From contig CAVPCQ010000011.1 in the NCBI GenBank assembly GCA_963702425.1, positions 32,001 through 96,000 on the forward strand: a stretch of DNA of 64,000 nucleotides. Reading direction: 5' to 3'. The notes under the pieces are model-generated. The model did no database searches. It was given only the letters and a program-made list of their open reading frames with translations, and was not told where the DNA came from. The stretch's first letter is position 1. Each line of letters starts with the position of its first letter. The position numbers and the translations under genes are program-made. This stretch comes from an uncultured Acidobacteriota bacterium. Its GTDB lineage: Bacteria; Acidobacteriota; Polarisedimenticolia; J045. This document shows, piece after piece, positions 8,730 through 18,923 of this stretch.

Positions 8730-11700
8730 AAAACAGCTTGTCCGCAGTCCGTTTCAGTTGGCGGTGAAGGTCAGCGTGTTGGTCTTGGCGAACTCCTGGT
8801 CTGACTGCACGAGGTGGGGGCCGGTGAACGGCAGGGAGGGCATCCGCAGGTGATCCGTGTGTCCGACCAGCTCGTGACGGGGCAATTCCAGCCTTCCACC
8901 GTCACCGGGAGTAGGTCCGAGGTCCGAAACCGCTGCCGTTGATCTCCAGCGGATACCGCCGCTCTGCTGCCTGACGAGGATAGATGGTGTTGATGTGAGG
9001 CGGGTAGATCCTCACGACCACGGCTGCCGAGTCGCTCAGGTCGTAATTGGTGACCACGACCCGGTAGCACGCGTAGGTCCCATGCGCCCCCAGCTTCTTC
9101 GCGGCTTGTGTGAGCGGGTTCATCATGGCCAGCTCGGTGAGAGTTCGCGGCGGCGAGGTACAGATGTGGGTATCGCCGTAGATGGTGACCTCCTGGGCGT
9201 GTCCGTCGGTGCGGAAACTGGCGACGAGATCCTTCCCCCGGAGTTGGGGTGCGAAGGCGCTGGAGGCGGAGACATCGGCGTGGTCGCTGCTGGCCTGCGG
9301 ACGAGACGCTGGATCGTGACGCCGGTCCAGTCGGTGATCTGGGGAGCGAGGTGGCCGAAGTCCAGTGCCGAGACGGGGGACTCCTGCTGAGTCCAGAACC
9401 ACTCCCCCAACTGACAACGAGTGTCGACATTCCGCCCGACGCGCCCGTCACCTCGGCGAATGTGCGGTAGGAGTCGGACCAGTAGCGGGGGTCGTAGTGC
9501 AGGGCCTGATAGGTCTTCAGAATCGACTTCGGGTAGGTCTTTTCCATCCAGATGGCAAAGGACCCGGCGGCGTAGCCTTCATCCGTGGAATAGCTGAGAG
9601 TAGAAGCCCCCGGGAACGGACTTGATGGGCAAGGTCGGGAAGGCTAGAGATGTCGGTGCCGAGATCCGCCTGGATCCCCAGCAGCATCGAGGCGATGGCG
9701 TTGGCGGACGCCTCGTCGAACGACTAGGCGCTGGCATTGGTGGTCAGTTGCCGCTGGAACGCGTGCACATCTCGTGCGCGACGGTCGTCTACAGGTTCGA
9801 GCTCTGGGAGGTCTTGGCGGGATAGATGGTGATCCAGGGATGGCTGAAGACGACGGAGATGGTCGATCTGAGATGGCTGGTCACACCAGGGCGTGCGGAT
9901 GCTCAGGGACAGAGACAAGAGAACGAGCGTACGGCTAGGGACAACCTGCGCTACGAGCAGGTCGTAGGTCTGCTGGGCGGTGAAGAAGGTCTACTGGGCG
10001 TAGGCGACGCTGACAAGGCTGCTGCTGGACGGGTCGCTGATGTAGACCACGATCAACTACGGGTATAGACGACAGGGTGGGGTAGGTGTTCTAGGCGGAG
10101 TAGACGCCCAAAGAACGATCTAGTCCAGGGCAAAGGGAACGGAGGCGAGCTGGGTGCAGGAAGAGGTCCTCGAAAGCCGAAGAGACGAGGGGGCAGGGTA
10201 CTCCGGGTAGCGCCGGGCGGGAGCGACGAGCGCAGGAGAACGGAACGGACGACACCGCAACGGTCAGCTAGAAATACAACTGTGAAGATGGGAAGAAGAC
10301 AACGAAGAACGGCGGGCTGAAACGGCGCTACAGCGAGTAGGGCAACTAGATAGAGATCGGCTAGAGCAGCTAGGGAGAGAACGGATAGATGAAGATGGAC
10401 AGGCTGTGAACGGCGACGATGATGGACGCAACGGCGAAAGAACGGATATACGGGAGATGAGCGCAGCTGACATAATAATATACGGAGATCTGCTCGGGAT
10501 CGGTCAGGAGCGCTGGCAGGGCTACAGGAGGGATCGTCAGGCGGGCGCCACCGCACCGCAGGATGACTCCTTCGAGCGCCAGGGCCTCGCCGAAGGCGAA
10601 CCCGCGGTTGTTGTCGGCGTAGCTCGCCGAGTTGTAGCCAGCGGCGAAGACTCGACCTGGATCGACTGCCGGTCGTCTGGTTGGCGACGGTGAATGTCCC
10701 CGGCTGGTAGAGCAGGACCAGGGTGCTGAAGAGCTGGCCGCTGGCCAGCGCGAAGGGGTGCGCATACTGGTACAACGAGACGGTGCTGTTCCAGAGACCG
10801 GCGGCGGAGAGGGATTCATCGCGATAGCTGCCGGCGACCAGGAGCGTGTCTCCCTGCGCCATGGCCAGTCTACCGTCGCGGACCGGGAGATCGAAAGCGG
10901 AGTAGATGACCGTGGCAGTTCCCGGATAGAGAACCGGCCGACGGTCAGGGTCAGCCAGGGACATGGCGAACGACCCGGCTGAAGAGCTCGTACCCCGAAG
11001 CCCGCACGGTGAACGTGTCTCCGGGCTACAATCCCTAGAAGAGGGACCAGGGCGGGCGGTTGACGATCGCACCGTGTCCCCGGCGGCCATCAGCTCGGTC
11101 GTGGCGGTGCCGTTGGGAGTGCTCACTTCGAGGTTCAAGGTGCCCGGAGGATGATCGAGGCTCGCGCGGATCCTGGTGAGATAGGCGCCTCCCAGGCGCC
11201 ACGGAGCTGGGCCGTATTCCTGGGTGTGTTCGCTGGGCAGGCCGATGTCGAAGGTGACGACGGGGACGACGATGCCATCGGCCGCGTCCCCCGAGGTGAG
11301 AACCAGCGGGGTGGGTTCCAGGACGGTGAAATCGGCGGGCTGGCTCCAGCGGTCGACGCCATCGGTTCGTTTCAGCCGCAACGGACCGGTCGTGGCCCCT
11401 TCCGGAACCCGCACGGTGATGTAGGCCAATTCCGGATCCCAGTCCGGCCTGATCGACTCGGGATGGGTGACGGCGCCATTGAAACTGACCAGGATCTTGT
11501 CCAGCTCGGCGGGCAGCCCGTAGGCCTTGAGGGTGACCGGGTCCCCGATCCCGCCGGCGTGGGGGTCCGTCAGGACGATCGCGGGTTCACAGGGCATCAG
11601 GTTGGTCAGGCGGAAGTACGCGCCCCCGCTCTGGACACCGCGCACCGTCACCCACACCACGGCGTCCTGGTACTTCTTCCAGGCGCAGAAGCCGGTGGGG

Positions 11701-13429
11701 ATGGTCACCGACATCGACTTGTCGCTGACCGAGCCGACCGCGGCGTCGAGGATGTAGCCTCCGGACACGGTCACGCTGACCAGGGAGGCCGTGGTCCCGA
11801 AACCGGACCCTGCAAGGTGGCCGAACTGCCTTCGTCTCCCTCGGTCGGGGAATGCTGGCAGACCGGGGCCGGCCAGGTGCCGGTGCCCCTCAGGATCTCT
11901 CGACCACCGGCGACACCTTGTCGTTGGAGGTGATCCAGAGCAATGCGGAGGACTCGGTCAGCTCTCGCGGGGTGTAGGTGACCTTGATGGTCAGCGTCTT
12001 GTTGGGGAGACCGAGGAAGGCAGCTTCACTTTCCGAGGACGAAAGGACCGCCGCTGCCCCCGTCGACTGCAGCCTGGTGATCTTGAGTTCGCCTTGCCCA
12101 CGTCCTGATCGTGAACGATCTGGTGATGGAGGAATCCAGAAGACGCGCCGACCCAGCTGGGGGTGGGCAGGAGATCACCGGTGACTGAAGCGCGGCGAGC
12201 ACGGCCGAAGCAGCGGGGAGCGAGGGCGCCGCCCGCCCAGACGACGTCGCGCCGTCCGCAGCGAGGGCCGGATCGAAACGGCGCCGGCGAGGCCGGCAGG
12301 GAACTCGAGATCCAGCTGTTCGCTTCGCGGCGGGAAGTCATGACCATGTCGTCGACGCTGAACACGACCGTCGAACCGGCCGCATCCACTCCGGCGGGGC
12401 CGGTGTCCTGCTCCAGGAAGGCGGAGGGCCCGCCGATTCGCCGGAGCCGGTGAGGGCCCTTCCCGGGAGACCACGCACAACTCCTTCACCTTCTTCCCGT
12501 CACGCGCCGTGATCCGCCAGACGAAGGCGGTCGAGCCGTCTGCGGAAAGAGAGGGCCACAGCAGTGCCCCGCCCGTGGCCGCCGTCCCGCGCCATTCCGA
12601 AGCCGTCCACCCTCCCTCGACGGCTGCGCGAGCACCAACCGGTTCCGCTGAACGAAGACCAGGCTCTCTCCGTCCGGGGCGAGATACGGATGGGAGCAGG
12701 ACCCTGCCGCGGATCGGACACGAGCTCCCTCCCCCCAGCCCAGGCCGCTTCGCCGGACGGCTGCACCTGGGGTGAACCGGACGCCTCGCCGCTGAACGCC
12801 GGAGCTGGCGTGCTGGTCGAGGCTCACCCAGGGATGCAGGACGAGAAACGGCAACTCCTGCGGGTCGGCCCCGACCTCTCCCGGGCGGTCGACGGTCCAG
12901 ATCGCGTAGCCACTCTCCCGACGGTCGCCAGCGCTCGCGAGCGTCCGGCCGTCCGCGCTCTCGCCGGTCGCGCCGCCGTCGTCCGCGGGCAGGGAGAGCG
13001 TGGGCGGGAGGGTCCCTGCCCGCTCCCACGCCAGACCCTGAGGTCCGTGACGGGAGCGGCGGCGCTCTGCTCGAGGAGGCCACCACCCTCCCTCCCCGCT
13101 CACCGCCGGTGCGAGAAGCGAGGGGCCCGGGTCGTCGCGCGGTCACCACCGGTGACGAGGGGCTGTCGGCGCCGCCCGTGCCCTGGCCGTCGGAAGCTGT
13201 GCCAGTGAGATCCCTGGGTGAGCAGGTGTAGGGCTAGGTCGTTCTGTTCGCTGTGAAACGGTGCTGTGCTTTCGATCTATTTATGGAGCGATCTCTATGG
13301 GAGATATTAATTGTAATTGTTATGGTGTTTGATTTTTTTTTTTCTTTGAGGTAAATTAGCGCATTGTTGGGTGGTTGTCTTGTTCGCGGTAAGATGTTTG
13401 TGTGTGGTGTTGGAGATTGTGGGGTTAGG
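8730..13429. other. 4.7-kb insert between direct repeats (integrated fragment or chimeric-read artefact)
   Basis: Flanked by 92-bp DRs; different composition; many frameshifts; noisy segments at about 9550-10500 and 13234-13429; no integrase seen. Confidence 0.7.
8754..13230 (-). pseudogene. Fragmented large surface protein gene with IPT/TIG Ig-like domains and a possible TolB-like N-terminal part
   Basis: IPT-like segments in several frames: PHAGGIGDPVTLKAYG..VSFNG..ITVRVPEGATTGPL; PHINTIYP..LEINGSGFG; VTSWSDTRIT; ends KTNTLTFTAN-stop at 8754. Confidence 0.6.
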
Positions 13430-13733
13430 CGCGCGGGGCGATGAAGAGCACGACCGCATCGCGCCCGGCGTTCGCCGCGCGATGCCGGGTGCCGGGGTCG
13501 ATCACGAACCCCTCCCCTTCGCTCACCTCCAGGGTCTCCTCGTCGAAGGCGAGCCGCAGCGTCCCCTGCAGGACGAATCCGGCGTGGCCGTTGACGCACC
13601 AGTTCGGGTCCTCGAAGCCGGGCTCGAAGCGCAGCAGCGTCGCGCCTCCGAGCGCGCCGAGTTTCTTTCGCTCGAGGGGGTGAGCCCCGGGCTGCCAGGG
13701 GAGCTTCTCGAAGTCGAGCGTCTCGTGCGCCAT
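13425..13733 (-). CDS. Cupin domain protein
   Basis: FEPGFEDPNWCVNGHAGFVLQG..EGEGFVIDPGTRHRAAN cupin motifs; TGATG coupling to the upstream radical SAM gene. Confidence 0.8.
   Translation of the reverse strand: MAHETLDFEKLPWQPGAHPLERKKLGALGGATLLRFEPGFEDPNWCVNGHAGFVLQGTLRLAFDEETLEVSEGEGFVIDPGTRHRAANAGRDAVVLFIAPRA
13430..13521. repeat. 92-bp direct repeat, copy 2
   Basis: Identical to 8638-8729 (offset 4792 bp). Confidence 0.95.
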
Positions 13734-15250
13734 CACGCCTCCGCCTCCGGCCCGGGGCTCGACTTCGCCCTTCCCCGCGCCTTCGCCAACCCGTCCAGCG
13801 CGCGGCGGCCCCACGGCGAGCCGGGCCAGCGCGCGACGATCTCGCCGTACGCGGCTTCCGCCGCGCGCCACTCGCGCCGCTCCTGGTGCCACGCGCCGAG
13901 GTCGAGCAGCGAGGCGTAGCAGCGGCCGGTCAGCGCCAGGTGCGCTTCGATCTCCTCGCGCGTGAAGCCGCGCTTCGGGGCCTCGCGCTCGATCGCGCCG
14001 ACCATCCTTCGGAACTGCCGCTCGGCGTGCGGGTCGCGGCGCACGAACAGCGCGGACTGGTCGCCGGCGAGGAACAGCTCCTCGTCGACCTCGCCCCGCG
14101 CCTTCGCGTCGTCGAAGAGCGAGGTTCCGGGGTAGAAGGCCAGCGGCGCGACGATCCCGTCCATCAGCCCGGCGGTTTCGAACAGCCGGCGGTTGGCCTC
14201 GAGATCGGCGTCGGTCTGGCCCGGCACGCCGGTGATGAAGTAGGCGCTGGTCTTGATCCCGATCCGCCGGCAGAGGGTCAGCGCGCGCTCGATCTGGTCG
14301 GGCCGGATCTCCTTGTTCAACTCCTTCAGGATCGTCGGCGAGGCCGCTTCGACCCCGAACTGCACCTGGTCGCAGCCCGCCCGTCGCATCCAGAGCAGGC
14401 GCTCCTCGTCGACCAGGTTGACCCGCGACTGGCAGTTCCAGAGCACGAAAATCCCGCGCCGCTGCAGCTCGTCGGCGAGCTGCTTCACGCGCGACTTCTT
14501 CGCCGTGAAGGTGTCGTCGCGCAGGCTGAAGAAGTCGATCCCGTGGCGCTTCCAGACCAGCTCGATCTCGTCCACCACGCTGGCCGCGCTGCGGTAGCGC
14601 ATCTGCCGGCCCCAGAACAGCGGCGTGTTGCAGAAGGTGCAGGCCGCCGGGCAGCCGCGCGAGGTGATGACGATCGGGAACTGCTCGCCCGGCGCGACGC
14701 CGTGCAGCTCCTCGTAGCGCTCGGACGGGTGGAAGGGATCGAGGTCCTCGGCCGGCGGGGCCTCGGCGGTACGCCGGACCGCCCCGCCGTCGAGCCACGA
14801 CAACCCGGGGATGTCGTCGAAGCGGCGCGAGCCCTCCGCCAGCCGGCGCGCGATCGCGAGCATCGGGCCCTCCCCTTCGCCTCGGACGATCAGGTGCGGC
14901 GCCGGCCCGCGCGTCAGAATCGGCTCGTCGAGGTGCGTCGCCTGCGGGCCACCTGCGACGCGCAGCGCGTCGGGCACGGCCTCTTCTGCGGCCCGGTAGA
15001 GTCCGGCCGCTGACGCGTGGTTGAAGGTGAAGTGCGAGACGCCGATGGCATCCGGCTGCAGCGCGGCGAAGGTGCGGCGGATCTCCTCCCAGGTCCGGCC
15101 GGTGACGTTGTGGAGCCGCGAGTCGAACCCGTGGGCCCGGAGATAGCCGTGGATCGTCATCACGCCGTACGGGACGATCCGCGAGAAGACGTCCCCGGCG
15201 TGCGGGTCGTCGGCGCGGTAGCACAGGACGATGCGCGGCGCGGCGCTCAC
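13733..15250 (-). CDS. B12-binding domain radical SAM protein with C-terminal TPR-like helices
   Basis: GGPQAT and IVRGEGE (B12-binding); TSRGCPAACTFC (CxxxCxxC); GVEAAS; GGAGG RBS before GTG at 15250. Confidence 0.9.
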   Translation of the reverse strand: MSAAPRIVLCYRADDPHAGDVFSRIVPYGVMTIHGYLRAHGFDSRLHNVTGRTWEEIRRTFAALQPDAIGVSHFTFNHASAAGLYRAAEEAVPDALRVAGGPQATHLDEPILTRGPAPHLIVRGEGEGPMLAIARRLAEGSRRFDDIPGLSWLDGGAVRRTAEAPPAEDLDPFHPSERYEELHGVAPGEQFPIVITSRGCPAACTFCNTPLFWGRQMRYRSAASVVDEIELVWKRHGIDFFSLRDDTFTAKKSRVKQLADELQRRGIFVLWNCQSRVNLVDEERLLWMRRAGCDQVQFGVEAASPTILKELNKEIRPDQIERALTLCRRIGIKTSAYFITGVPGQTDADLEANRRLFETAGLMDGIVAPLAFYPGTSLFDDAKARGEVDEELFLAGDQSALFVRRDPHAERQFRRMVGAIEREAPKRGFTREEIEAHLALTGRCYASLLDLGAWHQERREWRAAEAAYGEIVARWPGSPWGRRALDGLAKARGRAKSSPGPEAEA

Positions 15251-15368
15251 GAGCGGCCTCCCGGCTGCGAACGGGCGGCCAGCGTACACCGGCGGGCGGG
15301 GTTTCGCGGGAGCGGCGGAGCGGCGACAATAGGGTGTTACCTCGTCCTTCCCGGAGGAGCACCGCCTC

Positions 15369-18300
15369 ATGACCCCGCCTGCCAGCGCCGCCCGTCGCGT
15401 GCCCCGCGCCGCGGCCTCCGCGATCGTCTCCCCGCTCCCCGTCGTCGCGCTGCTCGGGCTCCTGCTGCTGTCGGTCGGGTCGCCCGTTTCGGCCGCGTCT
15501 CCCGCCGCCGCCCCCCAGGCGCTCGCGATGCAGCCCGACCTGCTCGGTGACCTGGTCGCCTTCGTCCATGCCGAGGACATCTGGACCGTCCCGACGTCGG
15601 GCGGCATCGCCCGGCGGATCACCTTCCACGAGGGCGAGGAGAAGGCCCCCAAGTTCTCTCCCGACGGGAAGCTGATCGCGTTCACCGGGGAGTACGACGG
15701 CAACACCGACGTCTACGTGATGAACGCCGAGGGGGGGAACATCACGCGCCTGACCTGGCACCCCGGGGCGGACGAGGTGGTCGGCTGGCACCCGGTGAGC
15801 GGAAAGATCCTCTTCCGTTCGGGGCGCGACGCGTACAGCCGCTTCACGCGGCTCTACCTGGTCGCGCCGGACGGCACGGGGCTCGAGGCCCTGCCCCTGC
15901 CCGAGGCCGGCTGGGGCTCCTTCAACGGCGACGGCTCGCAGATCGCCTACACCCGTGTCGCGACCGAGGACCGGACCTGGAAGCGCTACCGGGGCGGACT
16001 CGCTCCCGACCTCTACCTCTACGACGTCCGCAGCGGGACCGATCGCCAGCTGACGAACGCGCGCGGGACCGAGCGCTTCCCGATGTGGATCGGCGACACG
16101 ATCTACTACGAAGCCGACCCGGACGGCGTGCTCAACCTGTTCGCCATCGATCCGAAGACCGGACAGAGCCGGCAGCTGACGCGCTACACCGACTACGACG
16201 TCGGCCGCCCGACGGAGGGGAGCGGGAAGATCGTCTACGACCGCGCCGGAGGGATCGAGATCTTCGACCCGGCGACCGGGCAGGCGAAGGCCGTCCCCTT
16301 CCAGGTTCTCGCCGACTCGCCCGAGACACGCCCCTATCTCAGGAACGTCAAGGAGTGGATCACCGGAATCGGGCTCTCGCCGGACGGCAACCGGGCCGTG
16401 GTCGTGGCGCGCGGCGAGATCTTCACCGTGCCGCGCGAGAAGGGCGTGATCCGGAACCTCTCGCAGGACTCCGGCACGCGCGACAAGGACGCCACCTGGT
16501 CGCCCGACGGCAAGCGGATCGCCTTCTTCTCCGACCGCACCGGCGAATACGAGATCTTCGTGACCGACCCGCTGGGCCAGGAGCCGCCGGTCCGGCTGAC
16601 GACCCACAAGGACGGCTACCGCTTCGCGCTGCGCTGGTCGCCGGACTCGAAGAAGCTGGCCTACACCGACCAGACCCTGACGCTCTCGTACATCGACGTC
16701 GACACGAAGGCCGTCACGAAGGTCGACAAGGCGGAGTACGAGGCGATGGATCTGGCGATCGACGCCAAGCCGGTCTTCGACCACGCCTGGTCGCCCGACT
16801 CACGCTACCTCGCCTACACGAAGATGGGCGAGGACCTGGTCAATCGGATCTGGGTCTACGGGCTCGAGATCGAAGGAGAAGAAGCCGGTAACCGGCGGCC
16901 CGCTCGAGAGCTTCGGGCCGGTCTTCTCGGAAGACGGCGAGCGGTTGTTCTTCGTCAGCAACCGCCGTTTCGACCCGACCTACAGCGACATGGACTTCGA
17001 GCTGGTCTACAAGAAGGTCGCGGGGATCTACGCGCTGGCACTGCAGGCGGGCGCAAAGCCGCTCTTCCCGCCGCAGACCGGCGACGAGGTGCCCGCGGTC
17101 GAGACGCCGGATGAGAAGGCCGGAAAAAAGCCGGACGGCGCCGCCCGGAAGGACGAGCCCGCGAAGCCCGCGCCCAGGACCATTGTCGACTTCGCCGGGA
17201 TCGAGGCGCGGGTCGAGCCGCTGCCGCTGCCGCGCGGCAACTACCGCCGGCTCGGGGCGGCGGGCGGCCTGCTCTTCTACCTCGACGGCGACGAGGGGGA
17301 CTTCAACCGCTTCGACATCCGGGAGCCGGGTGCGCGCGCGCTCAAGGCACTCGACCTTGCGAAGCGCAAGCCGCGCACCGTGCTGGAATCGGTCGAGGAC
17401 TACGCCCTTTCGTCCGACGGCAAGCGGCTGGTCTGGCGCAAGGGGAACGAGATCGGCATCGTCGACAGCTCGGCGGAGAACGCGAAGGCCGAGCCGATCG
17501 ACCTCTCCGGCCTGACGATGCAGCTCGACCCGCGCGCCGAATGGAAGCAGATCTACCGCGAGGTCTGGCGCATCGAGCGCGACTACTTCTACGACCCCGG
17601 GATGCACGGCCTGGACTGGGCCGCGATCGGTGCGAAGTACCAGCCGCTGATCGACGCCGCAACGAGCCGCGCCGAGGTCCGCTGGGTGATCGGCGAGCTG
17701 ATCGGCGAGCTGGCGACGTCCCACACCTACGTCTTCGGCGGCGACCGGCGGCGGCGGCCGGACCGGGTCGCGACCGGGATGCTGGGGGCCGACCTCGTCG
17801 CCGACCCGGCGAGCGGCCGCTGGCAGATCAAGCGGATCCTGCGCGCGCCCGACTGGACCGACGGCAACGTCCCGCCGCTGGCGGCGCCGGGGGTCGACGT
17901 GCGCGAAGGGGACTTCCTGCTGGCGGTGGACGGACGCGAGGTGACGACGGCGCACGAGGTCTACGCCGCATTCGAGGGGCTGGCCGGCAAGCCGGTACGG
18001 CTGACCGTGGCGGCGGACCCGAAGGGCAAGACCACGCGCGAGGCGGTCGTCGTCCCCTCGGACGACGAGTCCAAGTTCCGCTACCTCGACTGGCTCGAGC
18101 GCAACCGCAAGGCGGTGGACGAGGCCTCGGGCGGGAAGATCGGCTACCTGCACCTCCCCGACACCTTCACCGGCGCGGCGGAGATGTTCCCGCAGTACTG
18201 GTACGGACAGACGCAGAAGGAGGGGCTGATCGTCGACGGCCGCTTCAACGCCGGCGGGCTCGATCCCGACCCGTTCCTCAACCGGATGAACCTGCCGATC

Positions 18301-18735
18301 CTCTACTACTGGACGCGCCGCTACACCCACGACTACTCGACGCCGCTGGTCGCGACCCGGGCCCACAAGGCGCTGCTCACCAACCGCCAGGCCGGATCGG
18401 GCGGCGACATGCTGCCGGCCGAGTTCCAGCTCAAGAAGATGGGCCCGGTGATCGGCACCCGGACCTGGGGCGGCCTCGTCGGGATCTCGATGTTCACGCC
18501 GCTCGTCGACGGCGGCGGGATCACCGCGCCCGACTACCGCGTCTACTCGACCGACGGCAAGTGGGTAATCGAGAACGAAGGGGTCCAGCCCGACATCGTG
18601 GTCGACATCGACCCGGCCGGGATGCAGCGCGGCGTCGATGCCCAGCTGATGAAGGCGGTCGAGTACCTGATGGAGAAGATCCGCACCGAGCCGCCGCAGA
18701 AGCCGCCGCGGCCGGCGGCGCAGACGGCGCGGTAA
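15369..18735 (+). CDS. Tricorn-like S41 protease (beta-propellers, PDZ, S41 core), frameshift near 16870
   Basis: PKFSPDGKLIAFTGEYDGNTDVYVM PD40 repeats; GYLHLPD, DGRFNAGG, AGSGGD, GTRTWGG, ENEGVQPD. Confidence 0.92.
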
Positions 18736-18912
18736 TCGGGGACAGCAACCGTTAGCGGGTAAGCCGGCCGAATCGGGGACAGCAACCGTCAGCCGGTAAG
18801 TCCCCGGGAAGTCGACACCGGTCGGCCGAACGCGTCCACGGGCGGACATCTGCCGCCTCGGTTAAGCTGTCCCCCTTTTGACCGGCTAACCGACTAACGG
18901 TTGCTGTCCCCG
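18734..18912. repeat. MITE/REP-like intergenic element with GGGGACAGCAACCGT repeats
   Basis: 30-bp direct repeats at 18734-18763 and 18771-18800 (2 mismatches); inverted copy at 18881-18912, of which 18894-18912 is a perfect 19-bp reverse complement of 18737-18755. Confidence 0.8.
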
Positions 18913-18923
18913 TCGAGGTGTCG

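Noticed and set aside
8730-13429. Prophage, IS or diversity-generating retroelement
   Set aside because: No integrase, transposase, phage structural gene, reverse transcriptase or TR/VR pair recognised
13425-16784. 1119-aa minus-strand ORF
   Set aside because: Only the last ~102 codons (cupin) look coding; the rest is off-frame or antisense to real genes
18734-18800. Possible mini CRISPR array
   Set aside because: Only two 30-bp direct repeats with a 7-bp gap, a third copy is inverted, and no cas genes are adjacent
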